DNA of 64,000 nt from Alphaproteobacteria bacterium (GCA_965243135.1 OZ251539.1:4384001-4448000), one strand, 5' to 3'; positions 40,048-51,782 are shown, counted from the first letter of the stretch. The notes: generated by a model from the letters alone, not told the origin. Made by a program: numbers and translations.

Positions 40048-40727
40048 GCGTAGGCAGGCTGTGTCGCGACATCACGAATTTCGGTTTCAATATGATCGAG
40101 GCGGAATTCGCTTGGGACGCCAACGTCCACAAGGTTGACCAGATTTCCGCAAATAAAGAAGCGCTTATATGGGTACAAAATCAAGATTTACATGCGATGA
40201 TAGAGATTCCGTCACGAGTTAATGACTATTGTTCCCTTATTGCCTCCAAAGATTATTCCTACCTTATGAACGACGGCGGAATCATACAAACCGCTTACAT
40301 GTACGATAATGATCGGATCTCCAAGCATAGGCTTCTTTACTTCCCTTGTCCTTTTCGGATCGACGATTACGAAGTCGGCGAGATCACGGGAGAATTGGTG
40401 CCTTTGCTTGATCGGATCGTCGAAACCGAAGATTTTCCGGATAATTTTCTTTTGCGGTCTCCCATCCGTTTCGATTACGCGCCCCACGATGCCTCCGAAT
40501 TCCACCCGGCGTCCCATATGATCCTAAATGATCCGGATTGTCGGATACCCGTGAAATCCCCGCTTCGCGTCCATACCTTTATCCAGTTCGTTTTCGAGAA
40601 TTTCTACTTGACCGCGTGGAAACATCCCGGCGTCCAGGAATCCTTCGCTCGACTGCGAGAGGAGGGACGGGAGGGAGAATGTCTTTCCGCCCATGACAGA
40701 GAGCTCGCGTTTCTCGACTGGAATTAA
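40044..40727 (+). CDS. DUF2290 domain protein (partner in the helicase-DUF2290 defence system)
   Basis: ATGA overlap with the helicase; KHRL.YFPCP, PIRFDY, HPASH, CRIPVKSPL and FVFENFY motifs. Confidence 0.8.
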   Translation: MSVGRLCRDITNFGFNMIEAEFAWDANVHKVDQISANKEALIWVQNQDLHAMIEIPSRVNDYCSLIASKDYSYLMNDGGIIQTAYMYDNDRISKHRLLYFPCPFRIDDYEVGEITGELVPLLDRIVETEDFPDNFLLRSPIRFDYAPHDASEFHPASHMILNDPDCRIPVKSPLRVHTFIQFVFENFYLTAWKHPGVQESFARLREEGREGECLSAHDRELAFLDWN

Positions 40728-41013
40728 GCGCCACCGGCCCGGCCGCCTTCCGAGGCGCCGCCCTCGCTTGTCCCCGACGAGCGGAGCAAAGGCGTTCTCC
40801 TGCGCGCCAGGCGCTTGCTCGCAGATGGCGCGGCGCGACCGCCCGAACGGCAACCCGGGGCAAGACTTCGGTTACCCGATCAAGTTTCCGGGACGGGGGC
40901 GACCCTCTCGGGCAGGTCGCGGCACGTCGGACGAAAATGGATATCGCGTCGGAAGTAGGCTACGCTTGCCGGCGGCGGCGCTCGATGCCGCAACGAGAAC
41001 AAGGGAGGAAACG

Positions 41014-41970
41014 ATGAAGAGAACCCTGATCGCGGCCGCGGCGTTCGTCGGCATCGCGAGCGCGGCTTCGGCCGAAACGACCATGCGCGCGATCGCCTTC
41101 ATTCCGCACAAGCATCCGGTCATGAAGTCGTCGCACGACTGGGTGGGCCGCGTGAACGCCGCCCTGAAGGGCAAGCTCGCGATCAACTACATCGGCGGCC
41201 CCGAAGTCATCGGTCGCCGCGAGCAGTGGGACGCGGCCAAGAACGGCGTCATCGACGTCATCTTCGCCGTGTTCGCAGACATCCAGGATCTCGCGCCCGC
41301 GACCGCGTCGAGCTGGCTCTCCAAATGCAGCATCCCGGACGAGCGCAAGACCGGCAATTTCGCGCATCTCGACGCGGAGATGGCGAAGCTCAACCTCAAG
41401 CTCCTGGCGCGGGTGCAGTACGGAAACTTCTATCTCTGGGTCAACCGCCATCCGAAAACCCTGGCCGACCTGAAGGGCCTGAAGATGCGGACCGGCTCGC
41501 TGTACGACAAGATGATGCGCAAGCTGGGCATGGTGCCCGTCACCATGAACTCGCCCGAAACCTATACCGCCCTCGAGCGCGGCGTCGTCGACGGCTTCGG
41601 CTGGCCGAACATCGGCCCCAGAACCCGCGGCTGGGTCAAGAAGGTCAAATGGGTGATCGACCTGCCCTTCTTCGGCAACTCGAACATGGGCGCGATCATG
41701 AATCTCGACAAGTGGAAGGGCCTGCCGGCCGACGTGCAAAAGACGATCGCCGACGTATCGGTGAAGTACGAGCCCGACATGCTGGCCTACTATCAGGGCG
41801 CCGAAGCCAAGGAATGGGAGGCGCTGCAGGGAATGGTGACCCGCGTCAAGTTCTCCGAGGCGGAGAACAAGACCTATATCGACGCGGCCTACGAAACCGA
41901 GTGGGAGCGCCTGAGCGAAAAGATCGGCGCCGCGAAGGTCGCCGAACTCAAGAAGATCAGCTGCAACTGA
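41014..41970 (+). CDS. dctP: TRAP transporter substrate-binding protein
   Basis: GGAGG RBS; signal peptide; DLKGLKMR and YTALERGVVDG. Confidence 0.93.
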   Translation: MKRTLIAAAAFVGIASAASAETTMRAIAFIPHKHPVMKSSHDWVGRVNAALKGKLAINYIGGPEVIGRREQWDAAKNGVIDVIFAVFADIQDLAPATASSWLSKCSIPDERKTGNFAHLDAEMAKLNLKLLARVQYGNFYLWVNRHPKTLADLKGLKMRTGSLYDKMMRKLGMVPVTMNSPETYTALERGVVDGFGWPNIGPRTRGWVKKVKWVIDLPFFGNSNMGAIMNLDKWKGLPADVQKTIADVSVKYEPDMLAYYQGAEAKEWEALQGMVTRVKFSEAENKTYIDAAYETEWERLSEKIGAAKVAELKKISCN

Positions 41971-42015
41971 ACCGCCGAGGCGGGGGCGCTCGCTCCCGCC
42001 TCCCGGAGCTCGCCG

Positions 42016-42528
42016 ATGCGTCGCATCTTGCGCGTCCTCGACCGCATCGAGGAACTGATGGCCGGCGGCGCGATTCTGCTGCTCGCCGGCATCACGATCG
42101 CGGTCTGCATGGAAGTCTTCATGCGCTACGCGCTCAAGGATCCGATCGTCTGGGTCGTCGAGTTGGCGGAATACGCCCTTCTTTACATCTGCTTCCTGGG
42201 AACCGCCTGGGCGCTGGCCAGGGGCCAGCACATCCGCATCGACATCTTTCTCGGCGCCTTTCCGCCGCGCTGGCGGAAACGTTTCGGGGTCGTCTCGTCG
42301 ATCCTCGGACTTTGCGTCGCGCTGATCCTGACGATCTGGGGCGGCCTGGCGACATGGGAAAAATTCGTCTCCGGCGCCTACAAGCCGACGGTCATCGAAT
42401 TCCCGTCGTGGATCGTGCTGCTCTGCATCCCCGTCGGGTCGCTTTTTCTCTGCCTGCGTTTCCTGCGCAACGCGATCGGATACGCCAAGGGAGAGATCGC
42501 CGATCGAACCGACTACCGGCTGGAATGA
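42016..42528 (+). CDS. dctQ: TRAP transporter small permease
   Basis: EVFMRY, WVVELAEY and HIRID motifs. Confidence 0.92.
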   Translation: MRRILRVLDRIEELMAGGAILLLAGITIAVCMEVFMRYALKDPIVWVVELAEYALLYICFLGTAWALARGQHIRIDIFLGAFPPRWRKRFGVVSSILGLCVALILTIWGGLATWEKFVSGAYKPTVIEFPSWIVLLCIPVGSLFLCLRFLRNAIGYAKGEIADRTDYRLE

Positions 42529-42531
42529 GAG

Positions 42532-43869
42532 ATGCCCGAATGGTGGATCGTACTGCTTCTCATCTTCGGCGCCCTTGTGGTCCTGCTGGCGATGGGCGTG
42601 CCGGTCGCCTTCGCCTTTCTCGGCATCAACGTCGTCGGCGTCTTCCTGTTCTGGAACGGCTTCGCCGGCTTCAACCAGCTGGTGCTTTCGGTCAGCACCT
42701 CCGTCGCGCATTTTTCCATTCTTCCGGTCCCTCTGTTCATCCTCATGGGAGAGGTGATGTTCAGATCCGGAATTGCCTCGAAGCAGATGGAGGTGCTCGA
42801 TTCCTGGTTCGGCCGCGTGCCCGGCCGGCTGAGCATGATGGCGGTGGGCGGCGGCACGATGTTCGCCACGCTGACCGGATCCGGCATGGCGGGCACGGCC
42901 ATGCTCGGCAAGCTCCTCGTTCCCGACATGGAGAAGCGCGGCTACGCGAAGCCGATGACGCTCGGCCCCATCCTCGGATCCGGCGGACTCGCGATCATGA
43001 TCCCGCCCTCGGCGCTGGGCGTTCTGCTGGCGGCGATCGGCGATTTCTCGGTCGGCGATTTCCTGATCGCGATCATCGTGCCCGGCTTGCTCATGGGCGT
43101 CCTGTACGCTTTGTACATATTGATTCGCTGTTCGCTCCAACCCCATCTGGCGCCGCCGTACGACATTCCGCCCCAACCGCTCCTCCCGAAAATCGGCAAC
43201 ACGCTGCTTTACGTGTTTCCGCTCGCCGCGATCGTCTTTCTGGTCATCGGCCTGATTTTTCTGGGCGTGGCGACTCCCACCGAGTCGGCGGCGCTGGGCG
43301 CGGCCGGCACCTTCGTTCTCGCGGCGTTGTACCGAGGCCTGAAATGGAAGGTCGTGACCGAATCCCTGAAGTCGACGCTCGGAACGACGGTCATGATGTT
43401 CATGATCCTGACGGGTTCCACGGCGTTCGGACAGATCCTCGCCTTCACCGGCGCGTCCCGCGGACTGGTCGAACTCGCGACGGCCGTCGAGGTCGCGCCC
43501 TTCGTGATCGTCGTGCTCATGATGCTCGTCCTCATGCTCATGGGCACGTTCATGGAACCGCTCTCGATCATGTTCCTGACCCTTCCCATCTACCTTCCGA
43601 TCATCGAGGCCCTCGCGCCGGGCCTGAACCTGACCCCGGAACAGGCGACGATCTGGTTCGGGGCCATCATGCTGCTGAACATGCAGATGGCGAGCACGTC
43701 GCCGCCGTTCGGACTTCAGTTGTTCGTGATGAAGGGCGTGGCGCCCGCAGGCACCCGCATGATGGACATCTACAAGTCGGCGCTGCCCTTCCTCGGCTGC
43801 GATTCCGTCGTCATGCTGTCGATGATCGTCTTCCCGCCGATCGTCCTGTGGCTCCCGGGCATGTCGTGA
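42532..43869 (+). CDS. dctM: TRAP transporter large permease
   Basis: PLFILMGE, MIPPS, TPTESAA and SPPFG motifs. Confidence 0.94.
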   Translation: MPEWWIVLLLIFGALVVLLAMGVPVAFAFLGINVVGVFLFWNGFAGFNQLVLSVSTSVAHFSILPVPLFILMGEVMFRSGIASKQMEVLDSWFGRVPGRLSMMAVGGGTMFATLTGSGMAGTAMLGKLLVPDMEKRGYAKPMTLGPILGSGGLAIMIPPSALGVLLAAIGDFSVGDFLIAIIVPGLLMGVLYALYILIRCSLQPHLAPPYDIPPQPLLPKIGNTLLYVFPLAAIVFLVIGLIFLGVATPTESAALGAAGTFVLAALYRGLKWKVVTESLKSTLGTTVMMFMILTGSTAFGQILAFTGASRGLVELATAVEVAPFVIVVLMMLVLMLMGTFMEPLSIMFLTLPIYLPIIEALAPGLNLTPEQATIWFGAIMLLNMQMASTSPPFGLQLFVMKGVAPAGTRMMDIYKSALPFLGCDSVVMLSMIVFPPIVLWLPGMS

Positions 43870-44301
43870 ACCGGAGAATGCCGGGATCCTTGCCGGCGCG
43901 GACGGTCGGCATGACGAACGAGACGATGATCGCGTGGGGGAAGCGGGATCGCGCGAAACGGAAGCGGGGCGGCAAGAGCCGGAACGTCGGTCGTCTTTCG
44001 GCAACGCCCGCTTTCGCTTCTTTTCGAATGAAGGAGCGCCTCGTTCGCCGACGCATTGCGGAAAACGGTGACGGCGAAGCGAAATTCCGGTTGCCGGCAA
44101 GGGTCGCCCGACGCGCGGGCTACAGCCGAAGGCAGGAACCGAGGCGGGCCGACGTCCGTCCGGAATGCTTCCCGGGGTCGCGAAGCCGTGGCCGGCCGTG
44201 GACGACAGCGGCGGTTTTTGAGACAAGCGGGCGCCGCCGCTTGCGGCAGTCCGGCGTCTCCGCGGAATCTCGACATGGCATGCGCCGATAAAATCGTCGA
44301 A

Positions 44302-46377
44302 ATGAAGGAATCGCGAGCCGGATACCGTATCGGCGTGGACGTGGGCGGCACGTTCACCGACGTGGTCGTCGCGGGAGGGCCTGGATTGAAGGCGATCAAG
44401 GTTCCGACGACGCCGGGCGACCTCGCGAACGGCGTCATGGACGGCGTTCGGTCCGCAGCCGCCGCGGCAGGCATCGGCCTCCCGGAACTCCGGGAGATCG
44501 TTCACGGTTCGACCACCGGAACCAATGCGCTGATCGAACGGTCGGGAGCCAGAGTGGGGTTCCTGACCACCGCGGGTTTTCGCGACATCCTCGAAATCGG
44601 CCGGGTGCAGCGTCCAATGGCCGGCCTTTACGACTTCACCGTCGATCGGCCGCCGCCGCTGGTTCCCCGACGCCTTTGCCTCGAAGCCGGCGAGCGCATC
44701 GACGCCGCCGGCGCCGTCGTCCGGCCGCTGGACGAAGACAGCGTTCGCGCCGCCGCCGACGAGTTCGCGCGGCGCGGCGCGGAGGCCGTCGCGATCTGTT
44801 TCCTCTTCGCCCACCTCAACCCGATCCACGAAGAGCGCGCCGCCGCCATCGTCGCCGCGCGGCTCCCGGAGGTGCCGGTCACGGTTTCCAGCCGCGCGAG
44901 CCCGGAGTACCGGGAATACGAACGGGCCTCGACGGCGGTGATAAACGCCTACCTCGCGCCGGTCGTCGACGGCTATCTCGAAAATCTGGAGCGACGGATC
45001 GGCAAGGAGGCGAAGAGCGCCATGCTGTCGATCATTCAGGCGAACGGAGGATCCGCCTCGGTCGAGCGCGCCCGGCGCGCGCCGGTCTCGACCGTGAACT
45101 CGGGACCGTGCGGAGGCGTCGTGGCCGCGGCGCTTTACGGCCGCCGGCATGGACGAAACCGCGTCGTGTCGGTCGACATGGGCGGCACCTCTTTCGACAT
45201 CGGCTTGATCGAGGACGGCCGCTCGCGGATCACGACCGAGGGGGAGTTTCAGGGCCTCCCCGTGAAGATCCCGATCGTCGACCTGCACATCATCGGCGCC
45301 GGCGGCGGCTCCATCGCGTGGATCGATCCCGGCGGCGCGCTGAACGTCGGTCCCAATTCCGCCGGCGCGGCGCCGGGACCGGCCTGCTACGGCAGGGGCG
45401 GGACGGAGCCGACCGTGACCGACGCCAACCTCGCGCTGGGACGTCTCGACCCCGGCAAATTCAACGCCGGACGGACCGCGCTCGACCCTGACGCGGCGAG
45501 ACGCGCCGTCGGCGCGCTCGCCGCGAAAATGAATGCCGGCCTCGAAGAGGCGGCGATGGGCATCGTCAAGGTCGTCAACGCCAACATGACCCGCGGCATC
45601 GCGACCGTGACGATCCAGCGCGGAATCGATCCGAGGGATTTCTCTCTCCTCTCGTTCGGAGGTGCCGGCGGCGCGCACGCCTTCGACCTGGCGCGCGACC
45701 TGTCGATGGCCGAAGCGATCGTTCCGCCGTTCCCGGGGACTTTCTCCGCCGTCGGCCTGCTCGCCACCGAAATGCGCCGCGACTACGTCGCGGCGACCGG
45801 CGGCGTCGCGGCCGGGGAGGCGGATCCCGCGGCGTTCGAATCCCTTTTCCGGTCCATGGAGGAAGAAGGCCGCGAGGAACTATCGGCCCGGGGGTTCGAA
45901 GCTTCGGAAATCCGCCTGACGAGGTTCGCGGATCTCAAGGTCGCCGGCCAGACTTACGAACTGTTGTTGCCCCTGCCCGACCAGGGTCCGGTCTCGCGGC
46001 AGGGCATCGACGCGCTTGTCGAAGCCTTCGGCAACCTTTATCGCGAGCGGTACGCGTTCTTCTACGAGGGGGAGTCGGTGGCGCTCGTCAATCTCCGGGT
46101 GAGCGCGGAAGGCCTGAACCCGCGCATCGCCTTCCCGGAAAGCCGGCGCGGCGGGCCGCAACCCGACGCGGCGCGCGACGGTCGCAGGCAAGTTTATTTC
46201 GAAGGCGGGGGATGGACGGACACCCCGATTTATTCCCGCGATCGCCTCGTTCACGGCATGATCGTCGACGGACCGGCGGTGATCGAGGAAGAAACTTCCG
46301 CCACGCTGGCGCCGCCCGGCGCGCGGGTCGAGGTCATGCCGGATCTGGGGCTGACCCTTCGCGGAACGACGAGCTGA
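44302..46377 (+). CDS. Hydantoinase/oxoprolinase subunit A
   Basis: DVGGTFTD, DMGGTSFD, GAGGGSIA, PGPACYG and TVTDAN motifs. Confidence 0.94.
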   Translation: MKESRAGYRIGVDVGGTFTDVVVAGGPGLKAIKVPTTPGDLANGVMDGVRSAAAAAGIGLPELREIVHGSTTGTNALIERSGARVGFLTTAGFRDILEIGRVQRPMAGLYDFTVDRPPPLVPRRLCLEAGERIDAAGAVVRPLDEDSVRAAADEFARRGAEAVAICFLFAHLNPIHEERAAAIVAARLPEVPVTVSSRASPEYREYERASTAVINAYLAPVVDGYLENLERRIGKEAKSAMLSIIQANGGSASVERARRAPVSTVNSGPCGGVVAAALYGRRHGRNRVVSVDMGGTSFDIGLIEDGRSRITTEGEFQGLPVKIPIVDLHIIGAGGGSIAWIDPGGALNVGPNSAGAAPGPACYGRGGTEPTVTDANLALGRLDPGKFNAGRTALDPDAARRAVGALAAKMNAGLEEAAMGIVKVVNANMTRGIATVTIQRGIDPRDFSLLSFGGAGGAHAFDLARDLSMAEAIVPPFPGTFSAVGLLATEMRRDYVAATGGVAAGEADPAAFESLFRSMEEEGREELSARGFEASEIRLTRFADLKVAGQTYELLLPLPDQGPVSRQGIDALVEAFGNLYRERYAFFYEGESVALVNLRVSAEGLNPRIAFPESRRGGPQPDAARDGRRQVYFEGGGWTDTPIYSRDRLVHGMIVDGPAVIEEETSATLAPPGARVEVMPDLGLTLRGTTS

Positions 46378-46381
46378 CGGC

Positions 46382-48127
46382 ATGAACGATCTCGTCACGA
46401 TGCAGGTGATCCGCTACGCGTCCGAACAGATAGCCGACGAGATGGGCTATACGCTGGTGCGCACCGGCCGCTCGACGATCATCACGGAGATCAAGGACAT
46501 TTCCTGCGTCGTCACGGACGCGAAGGGGCAGACGGTGGCCCAGGCGCATCATACGCCCAGCTTGCTGGCCGGCTTCGAGATCACGATGCGGGAGCTGGTC
46601 GGGGAATTCCGTCCGGAGGATCTCGCGCCGGGAGACGTGATCGTCACCAACGATCCTTACCGGGGCGGCCAGCACATCATGGACCTCTACGCTATCGCGC
46701 CGGCCTTCCATCGCGGCGAACTGATCGGCTTCGTCGGCAACATCGCCCATCATTCCGATCTCGGCGGCGTCGCCGCCGGCGGAGTGGCGGGCGGCATCCG
46801 GGAAATCTACCTCGAAGGGCTGCGCCTGCCGATGGTGAAGATCATGAAGGCCGGCATCGAAGACCGGGAAATCGTCGGCATCATCGCCAACCAGATCCGG
46901 GTGCCCGACAAGACCCTCGGCGACATCCGCGCCCAAATCAGCTCGCTGATGGTCGGCACCGACCGCCTGGCCCGCCTGTTCGACCGGTACGGCAAACCGG
47001 CGGTGAAACGGGCGTGGGCGGATCTGCTGGACTATTCGGAGCGGCGCATGCGCCAGGGGCTGGCCGCTCTTCCCGACGGCATCTACGAGGCGGAAGACCA
47101 TATCGACGACGACGGCGTGAACGACGAACCGATCCGCGTAACCGTCCAGGTCGCGATCAAAGGAGACCGGGCCGTCGTCGATCTCCGGGGTTGCGATCCG
47201 CAAGCCGAGGGCAACACCAATTCGACCATCGCCAATACCCACGCCGCGATCTACTACGCGATGATCGCGGTGGTCGATCCGCATGCGCCCCCCAATTCCG
47301 GTTGCTATCGCCCGATCAAGGTGGTGACGAAGAAAGGAACGATCGCCGACCCGTTGCCGCCGGGCGCCGTCGCCGCGCGAACCAACGCGTCCCAGAAGAT
47401 CGCCGAAAGCATGTTCTTCGCGCTGTCGAAGGCCGCGCCCGACAGGGTCACCGCGGGCAGCCACGGGCAGATCACGACATGCGGCTTCGGGGGCAAGGAT
47501 CCGAAGACGGGCGAGCCGTTCATCTTCACCGACATCCAGGGGGGAGGCAACGGAGGACGTCCACGGCAAGACGGCGCCGACGGGCAGGACAGTCATCTGC
47601 CACGCTTCATGAACACCCCGGTCGAGGCGGTCGAACAGAGTTTCCCGGTGCGGATCGAGCGTTACGAATTTTTGCCGGACAGCGGCGGCGCCGGAAAATA
47701 CCGGGGCAGTCTCGCGCTGCGGCGCGACATCCGCCTGCTGACGGGACCGGTCAGCTTCGCCCGCTACGCCGACCGTCACAAGTTCCGGCCGCGAGGTCTT
47801 TTCGGCGGCAAGCCCGGCGACGCGGGCGCCATCGTTCGCAATCCCGATACGCCGAGCGAAGAACGCATGCGGTCCAAGGCGCTGGACGTTCTCGCGGAGG
47901 GAGACGTCGTAAGCCTTCGGCTGCCGGGCGCGGGCGGATACGGCGATCCTCGCGAACGCGGCCTCGAAGCCATCGACCGCGACCTGCAGGACGGCAAGGT
48001 GACGCCGGACGGCGCCGAGCGAGACTACGACGTGGTCGTCGACCGCGACGCGCTCGCGGTCGACGCCGATGCGACCGCCCGGCTCCGCAAGGGCGAAAAA
48101 TCCGGAAACCGGGAGAACGACCGGTGA
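46382..48127 (+). CDS. Hydantoinase/oxoprolinase subunit B
   Basis: [27 protein letters not shown] and GAGGYGDP motifs. Confidence 0.94.
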   Translation: MNDLVTMQVIRYASEQIADEMGYTLVRTGRSTIITEIKDISCVVTDAKGQTVAQAHHTPSLLAGFEITMRELVGEFRPEDLAPGDVIVTNDPYRGGQHIMDLYAIAPAFHRGELIGFVGNIAHHSDLGGVAAGGVAGGIREIYLEGLRLPMVKIMKAGIEDREIVGIIANQIRVPDKTLGDIRAQISSLMVGTDRLARLFDRYGKPAVKRAWADLLDYSERRMRQGLAALPDGIYEAEDHIDDDGVNDEPIRVTVQVAIKGDRAVVDLRGCDPQAEGNTNSTIANTHAAIYYAMIAVVDPHAPPNSGCYRPIKVVTKKGTIADPLPPGAVAARTNASQKIAESMFFALSKAAPDRVTAGSHGQITTCGFGGKDPKTGEPFIFTDIQGGGNGGRPRQDGADGQDSHLPRFMNTPVEAVEQSFPVRIERYEFLPDSGGAGKYRGSLALRRDIRLLTGPVSFARYADRHKFRPRGLFGGKPGDAGAIVRNPDTPSEERMRSKALDVLAEGDVVSLRLPGAGGYGDPRERGLEAIDRDLQDGKVTPDGAERDYDVVVDRDALAVDADATARLRKGEKSGNRENDR

Positions 48128-49254
48128 TCGAACCGCCGGAAGACCTCCGCGCTATCCGAGAAACCTTCTCGCGCTTTTCCGACGAACGGATCGCGCCGCA
48201 GGCCGAAGAGCTCGACGAAGCGCATGCCTTCCCCCGCGCCTTGTTTCGCGAGATCGGAGATCTCGGTTTCTTTCGCATGCGCTATCCGGAGAGGATCGGC
48301 GGCCTGGAGCTCGGCATGCTTCCCTTCTGCATCGCTTGCGAGGAACTGTCGCGCGGTTCGATGGCGGTCGCGGCCTGCTGCTCGATGCAAGCGCTGATGG
48401 GAACGCATTTTCTCAACGAGCTGGGCGACGAGGATATCGTCGAACGCCTGCTGGTTCCCGCTCTCGACGGCGAGAAGGTGGGCAGCATCTGCATGACCGA
48501 GCCCGACGCCGGGTCGGACCTGAGGGGCATGACGACGCGCGCCAGGAAGGTCGAGGGCGGCTGGCTGCTCAACGGCCGAAAGACCTGGGTGACCTCCGCT
48601 CCCGTCGCCGACTTCTTCACGGTCTTCGCCAAGGCCGGCGAAGAGGACGGGATCACCATATTCCTTGCGGAGCGCGGCTTCGAGGGGCTGCGGGTCGGCC
48701 GCGCGATCGAAAAGCTCGGCGTCCGCGCCATGCCGACCTCGGAACTGGCGTTCGACGACTGCTTCGTCCCCGACAGCCACCGGCTCTGCGCCGTCGGCGA
48801 GGGAGAACGGCATTTACGCGCGATCCTCGACCGCATCCGCATCATGACCGGCGCGCTAGGAGTCGGCATCGCAAGAGCCGCCGTCGACTCGGCCGTGGCC
48901 TACGCTGGCGAGCGAAAACAGTTCGGCAAGGCGATCGACCGGTTTCAGGCGATCCAGATGCGGATCGCCGACATGGGCACGGAGCTGGAAGCCGCGCGGC
49001 ATCTCGTCGTTCGCGCAGCCGAGCTCTGCGACGCCGGCGGGCCGCACCGCAAGGAGGCGGCGATGGCCAAGCTGTTCGCGTCCGAGGCGGCGGCCCGGAT
49101 CTGCGAGCACGCGTCGCGCATTTACGCCTCCTACGGGTTCGCCATGGAATACCCTGCCCAACGCTATTTGCGCGATGTCCGTTTCCTGTTGATCGGCGGC
49201 GGAACGAGCGAAATTCTCAAGCTGGTCATCGCGAAGGAAGTCGCGGCGGGCTGA
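48124..49254 (+). CDS. Acyl-CoA dehydrogenase
   Basis: [21 protein letters not shown] and IGGGTSEI motifs; GTGA overlap. Confidence 0.94.
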   Translation: MIEPPEDLRAIRETFSRFSDERIAPQAEELDEAHAFPRALFREIGDLGFFRMRYPERIGGLELGMLPFCIACEELSRGSMAVAACCSMQALMGTHFLNELGDEDIVERLLVPALDGEKVGSICMTEPDAGSDLRGMTTRARKVEGGWLLNGRKTWVTSAPVADFFTVFAKAGEEDGITIFLAERGFEGLRVGRAIEKLGVRAMPTSELAFDDCFVPDSHRLCAVGEGERHLRAILDRIRIMTGALGVGIARAAVDSAVAYAGERKQFGKAIDRFQAIQMRIADMGTELEAARHLVVRAAELCDAGGPHRKEAAMAKLFASEAAARICEHASRIYASYGFAMEYPAQRYLRDVRFLLIGGGTSEILKLVIAKEVAAG

Positions 49255-49451
49255 GCCGCGAGCGGAGGCGCGAGGCATGGCCGACGGACCGACGGAGACA
49301 GCGATTCCCAACCCAGCATTCGACGGTCGCGACGGCGGCGCGAAGACCGCGCGCCTCGCCGGACCGACGCGGCGACCGGCGAAATGACCCAAGCGCCGGT
49401 CGAAATCCGCGAACGTTGCCGGAAACCGAACACGACGCCGGGAGAAACGCC

Positions 49452-50654
49452 TTGAAACCACGCACCGTGATTTCCATGGAGCAGGCGCTCGCCCTGCCGT
49501 ACGCCACGATGCGCTTCGCGCATCTGGGATGGCGGGTAATCCGCGTCGAAGCGGCCGACGGCCGCGATCACCCGGGCGACGCCAACCGCTATATCGGCGG
49601 CGAAGTGCCCGGGATCGAGCCCCGTTCGTATTTCCTCGCCCAGAACGTCGGCAAGGAAGCGGTCGCCCTCAATCTCAAGACGGAAGCCGGGCGCGAAGCG
49701 CTGCACCGAATGATCCGGGAGCTGAACGCCGAGGTTTTCTGTTGCAACACCATACCGAGCCGTTACCGGTCGCTCGGCATCGACTACGAAACGTTGAGCG
49801 GCGTCAGGCCGGAGCTGATCTGGGCGGGCATTTCGGCGATGGGACCGCACTACCCGACCGTCGCCGGCTACGATCCGGTGATACAGGCCATGTCCGGGTA
49901 TATGGAGGTGACCGGTTTCGCGGACGGGCCGCCGACGTTGATCGGGGTGCCTCTGGTCGATCTCAAGGCCGGCGACGAAGTCTATTCCAACGTGCTGCTG
50001 GCGCTTGCGGAACAGGCCGAGGGCAGCGGCGGCAGACGGATCGACGTTTCCATGCTTCAGGCCGCCGCGTCCTGGCTGATCACGCTGCTGCCGCTCATCG
50101 ATCTCGATTGCGGTCCGGAGGAAATCGCGCGCTGGGGAAACGCCCACCGAAAGTTCATCCCGACGAACGTGTATCCGACGCGCGACGGCTACATCTACAT
50201 TGCGATCGGCAGCAACGCGCAGTGGCGACGCCTGATCGCGATCGAACGCTTCGCCGCTGTCGGCAAGGACGGCGCGAGAGATACGCCGGAAGCGAGATAC
50301 GACGACCGGGAAGCGATCTATCGGGAAATCGGCGATTTGACCGGCGGCGCCACGATCGCGGAGGTATCGAAGGAACTGTCGCAGGCGCAAATTCCCAATA
50401 CGCCGATCAACGACGTCCGGCAGGTTCACGAAATGGAAGCGGTTCGGTCGAGGATGACCCGGACGACCCTGCCGACGGGCCGAGAGCTCAGGCTGCAACC
50501 GATGGCCGTCGACTTGCCCGGCCAGCCAGCCGAGTTTTCCGTTCCGCCGGCCTACGGTCAGGACACTCGCACGGTTCTCCAAGAGATCGGCTATCCGGAC
50601 CCGGAAATCGACGCGCTCGCGGCAGCGGGGCATATATCCCTCGGCGCAAGCTGA
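49452..50654 (+). CDS. CoA transferase, family III (CaiB/BaiF)
   Basis: [23 protein letters not shown] and [11 protein letters not shown] motifs; TTG start inferred. Confidence 0.9.
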   Translation: MKPRTVISMEQALALPYATMRFAHLGWRVIRVEAADGRDHPGDANRYIGGEVPGIEPRSYFLAQNVGKEAVALNLKTEAGREALHRMIRELNAEVFCCNTIPSRYRSLGIDYETLSGVRPELIWAGISAMGPHYPTVAGYDPVIQAMSGYMEVTGFADGPPTLIGVPLVDLKAGDEVYSNVLLALAEQAEGSGGRRIDVSMLQAAASWLITLLPLIDLDCGPEEIARWGNAHRKFIPTNVYPTRDGYIYIAIGSNAQWRRLIAIERFAAVGKDGARDTPEARYDDREAIYREIGDLTGGATIAEVSKELSQAQIPNTPINDVRQVHEMEAVRSRMTRTTLPTGRELRLQPMAVDLPGQPAEFSVPPAYGQDTRTVLQEIGYPDPEIDALAAAGHISLGAS

Positions 50655-50762
50655 ACCCCCTCGTCACCGGAGTCGGCAAAGCGCTGCAAACCGATTACAG
50701 AAGGCGTCTGAGCTTCGCTTCACGGTTTAGAACGGAGCGTGAAATCAGAAACTCCCGCACCA

Positions 50763-51782
50763 TCAAGGTAACAATTCATCTAATCGTTCGCTTGAACCGA
50801 TATAGCCTATGGCGTATTTCGTTATCATTTTTTGCAAGTCCTCCGCGAATATAAACTCTATGTTGTTGTCTTTTCCTTTCTGCCTAATTTTTTCATTATC
50901 CTCCTTATTTGATCTAGTAACTACGATGACTTTTGAAATCAATTTCAAGTCTTTTTCTATTGGATCTGCGTTCCAGTATTCCGCTTTTTCTATCTGTTCA
51001 ATCGCGTGATCGTCGACTTGTCCCTCATAATCCTTAACTTGAACGGCTATCACATACTGCTTCCCTGGAGAAATCCCGGGAATTTTAATTCGTATATCCG
51101 TGCCATGCTTTATCTCTTCACGCCCACCAACCTTCTCAATAACAGCATCTGGATAATGCATCTGCAAGATTTTCGCAACGATCCCTTCCCACTCCTTTCC
51201 ATTAATTTCTCTATTGAGCGTTTCGAAAACTTCATTTCCAAAATCTTTCACTTTACCAAAGGCGCTTCCAGTAATTATATTTTTCAGTCTATCGAATTCG
51301 GTTATCCCGCCGCGAAGTTTCTCCGAATCCGCATCAATTATTTTCTCAATATCATCACAATAATGATCAATGTTCCAAAATCGACTTTGGTTTTTCAACG
51401 TCGCGCGGATATTGCCTGTCACCGGCTCGCCATCTCTGCGGAATTGCTTGAGGTGTCGCGCCGGAAAAATATGTCCATGGTCTTCGTCCAAGATAGAGAA
51501 ATCGTAGCCTCTATTCCAATCGTCTGTCGCCTCGACGACAGAGACCTCGGTCCAATCCGGCAGTCTGGGCACGAGGAGGATATGTCCCTTTTTGACTTCT
51601 TTGAACATCCTCATGTTTCTGGAAGCGCCCTCGTCGACCGTCAAACGTCGAAGATCTTGTCCCTCGTCCCATCCCCATCCTTGGCGCAAGCGCCCCTCCT
51701 GCAACTCTTTCCACAGGAGGCCAATGTTGCTGGTATCGATCCGGCAACCCCAGTATCGGCGTTCCTCGATCATGGTTGACAT
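50763..51782 (-). CDS. Mrr-like restriction endonuclease with an N-terminal putative DNA-recognition domain
   Basis: AAGGAG RBS; C-terminal GTDI...AVQVK (D...QxK); N-terminal LRQGWG domain. Confidence 0.75.
   Translation of the reverse strand: MSTMIEERRYWGCRIDTSNIGLLWKELQEGRLRQGWGWDEGQDLRRLTVDEGASRNMRMFKEVKKGHILLVPRLPDWTEVSVVEATDDWNRGYDFSILDEDHGHIFPARHLKQFRRDGEPVTGNIRATLKNQSRFWNIDHYCDDIEKIIDADSEKLRGGITEFDRLKNIITGSAFGKVKDFGNEVFETLNREINGKEWEGIVAKILQMHYPDAVIEKVGGREEIKHGTDIRIKIPGISPGKQYVIAVQVKDYEGQVDDHAIEQIEKAEYWNADPIEKDLKLISKVIVVTRSNKEDNEKIRQKGKDNNIEFIFAEDLQKMITKYAIGYIGSSERLDELLP

Noticed and set aside
43870-44300. Riboswitch or ncRNA in the long spacer before hydantoinase A
   Set aside because: No recognisable conserved riboswitch motifs by eye; needs an Rfam scan
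40960-45678. 1572-aa minus-strand ORF
   Set aside because: Antisense shadow of the TRAP and hydantoinase genes in high-GC DNA; Arg/Gly-rich with no motifs
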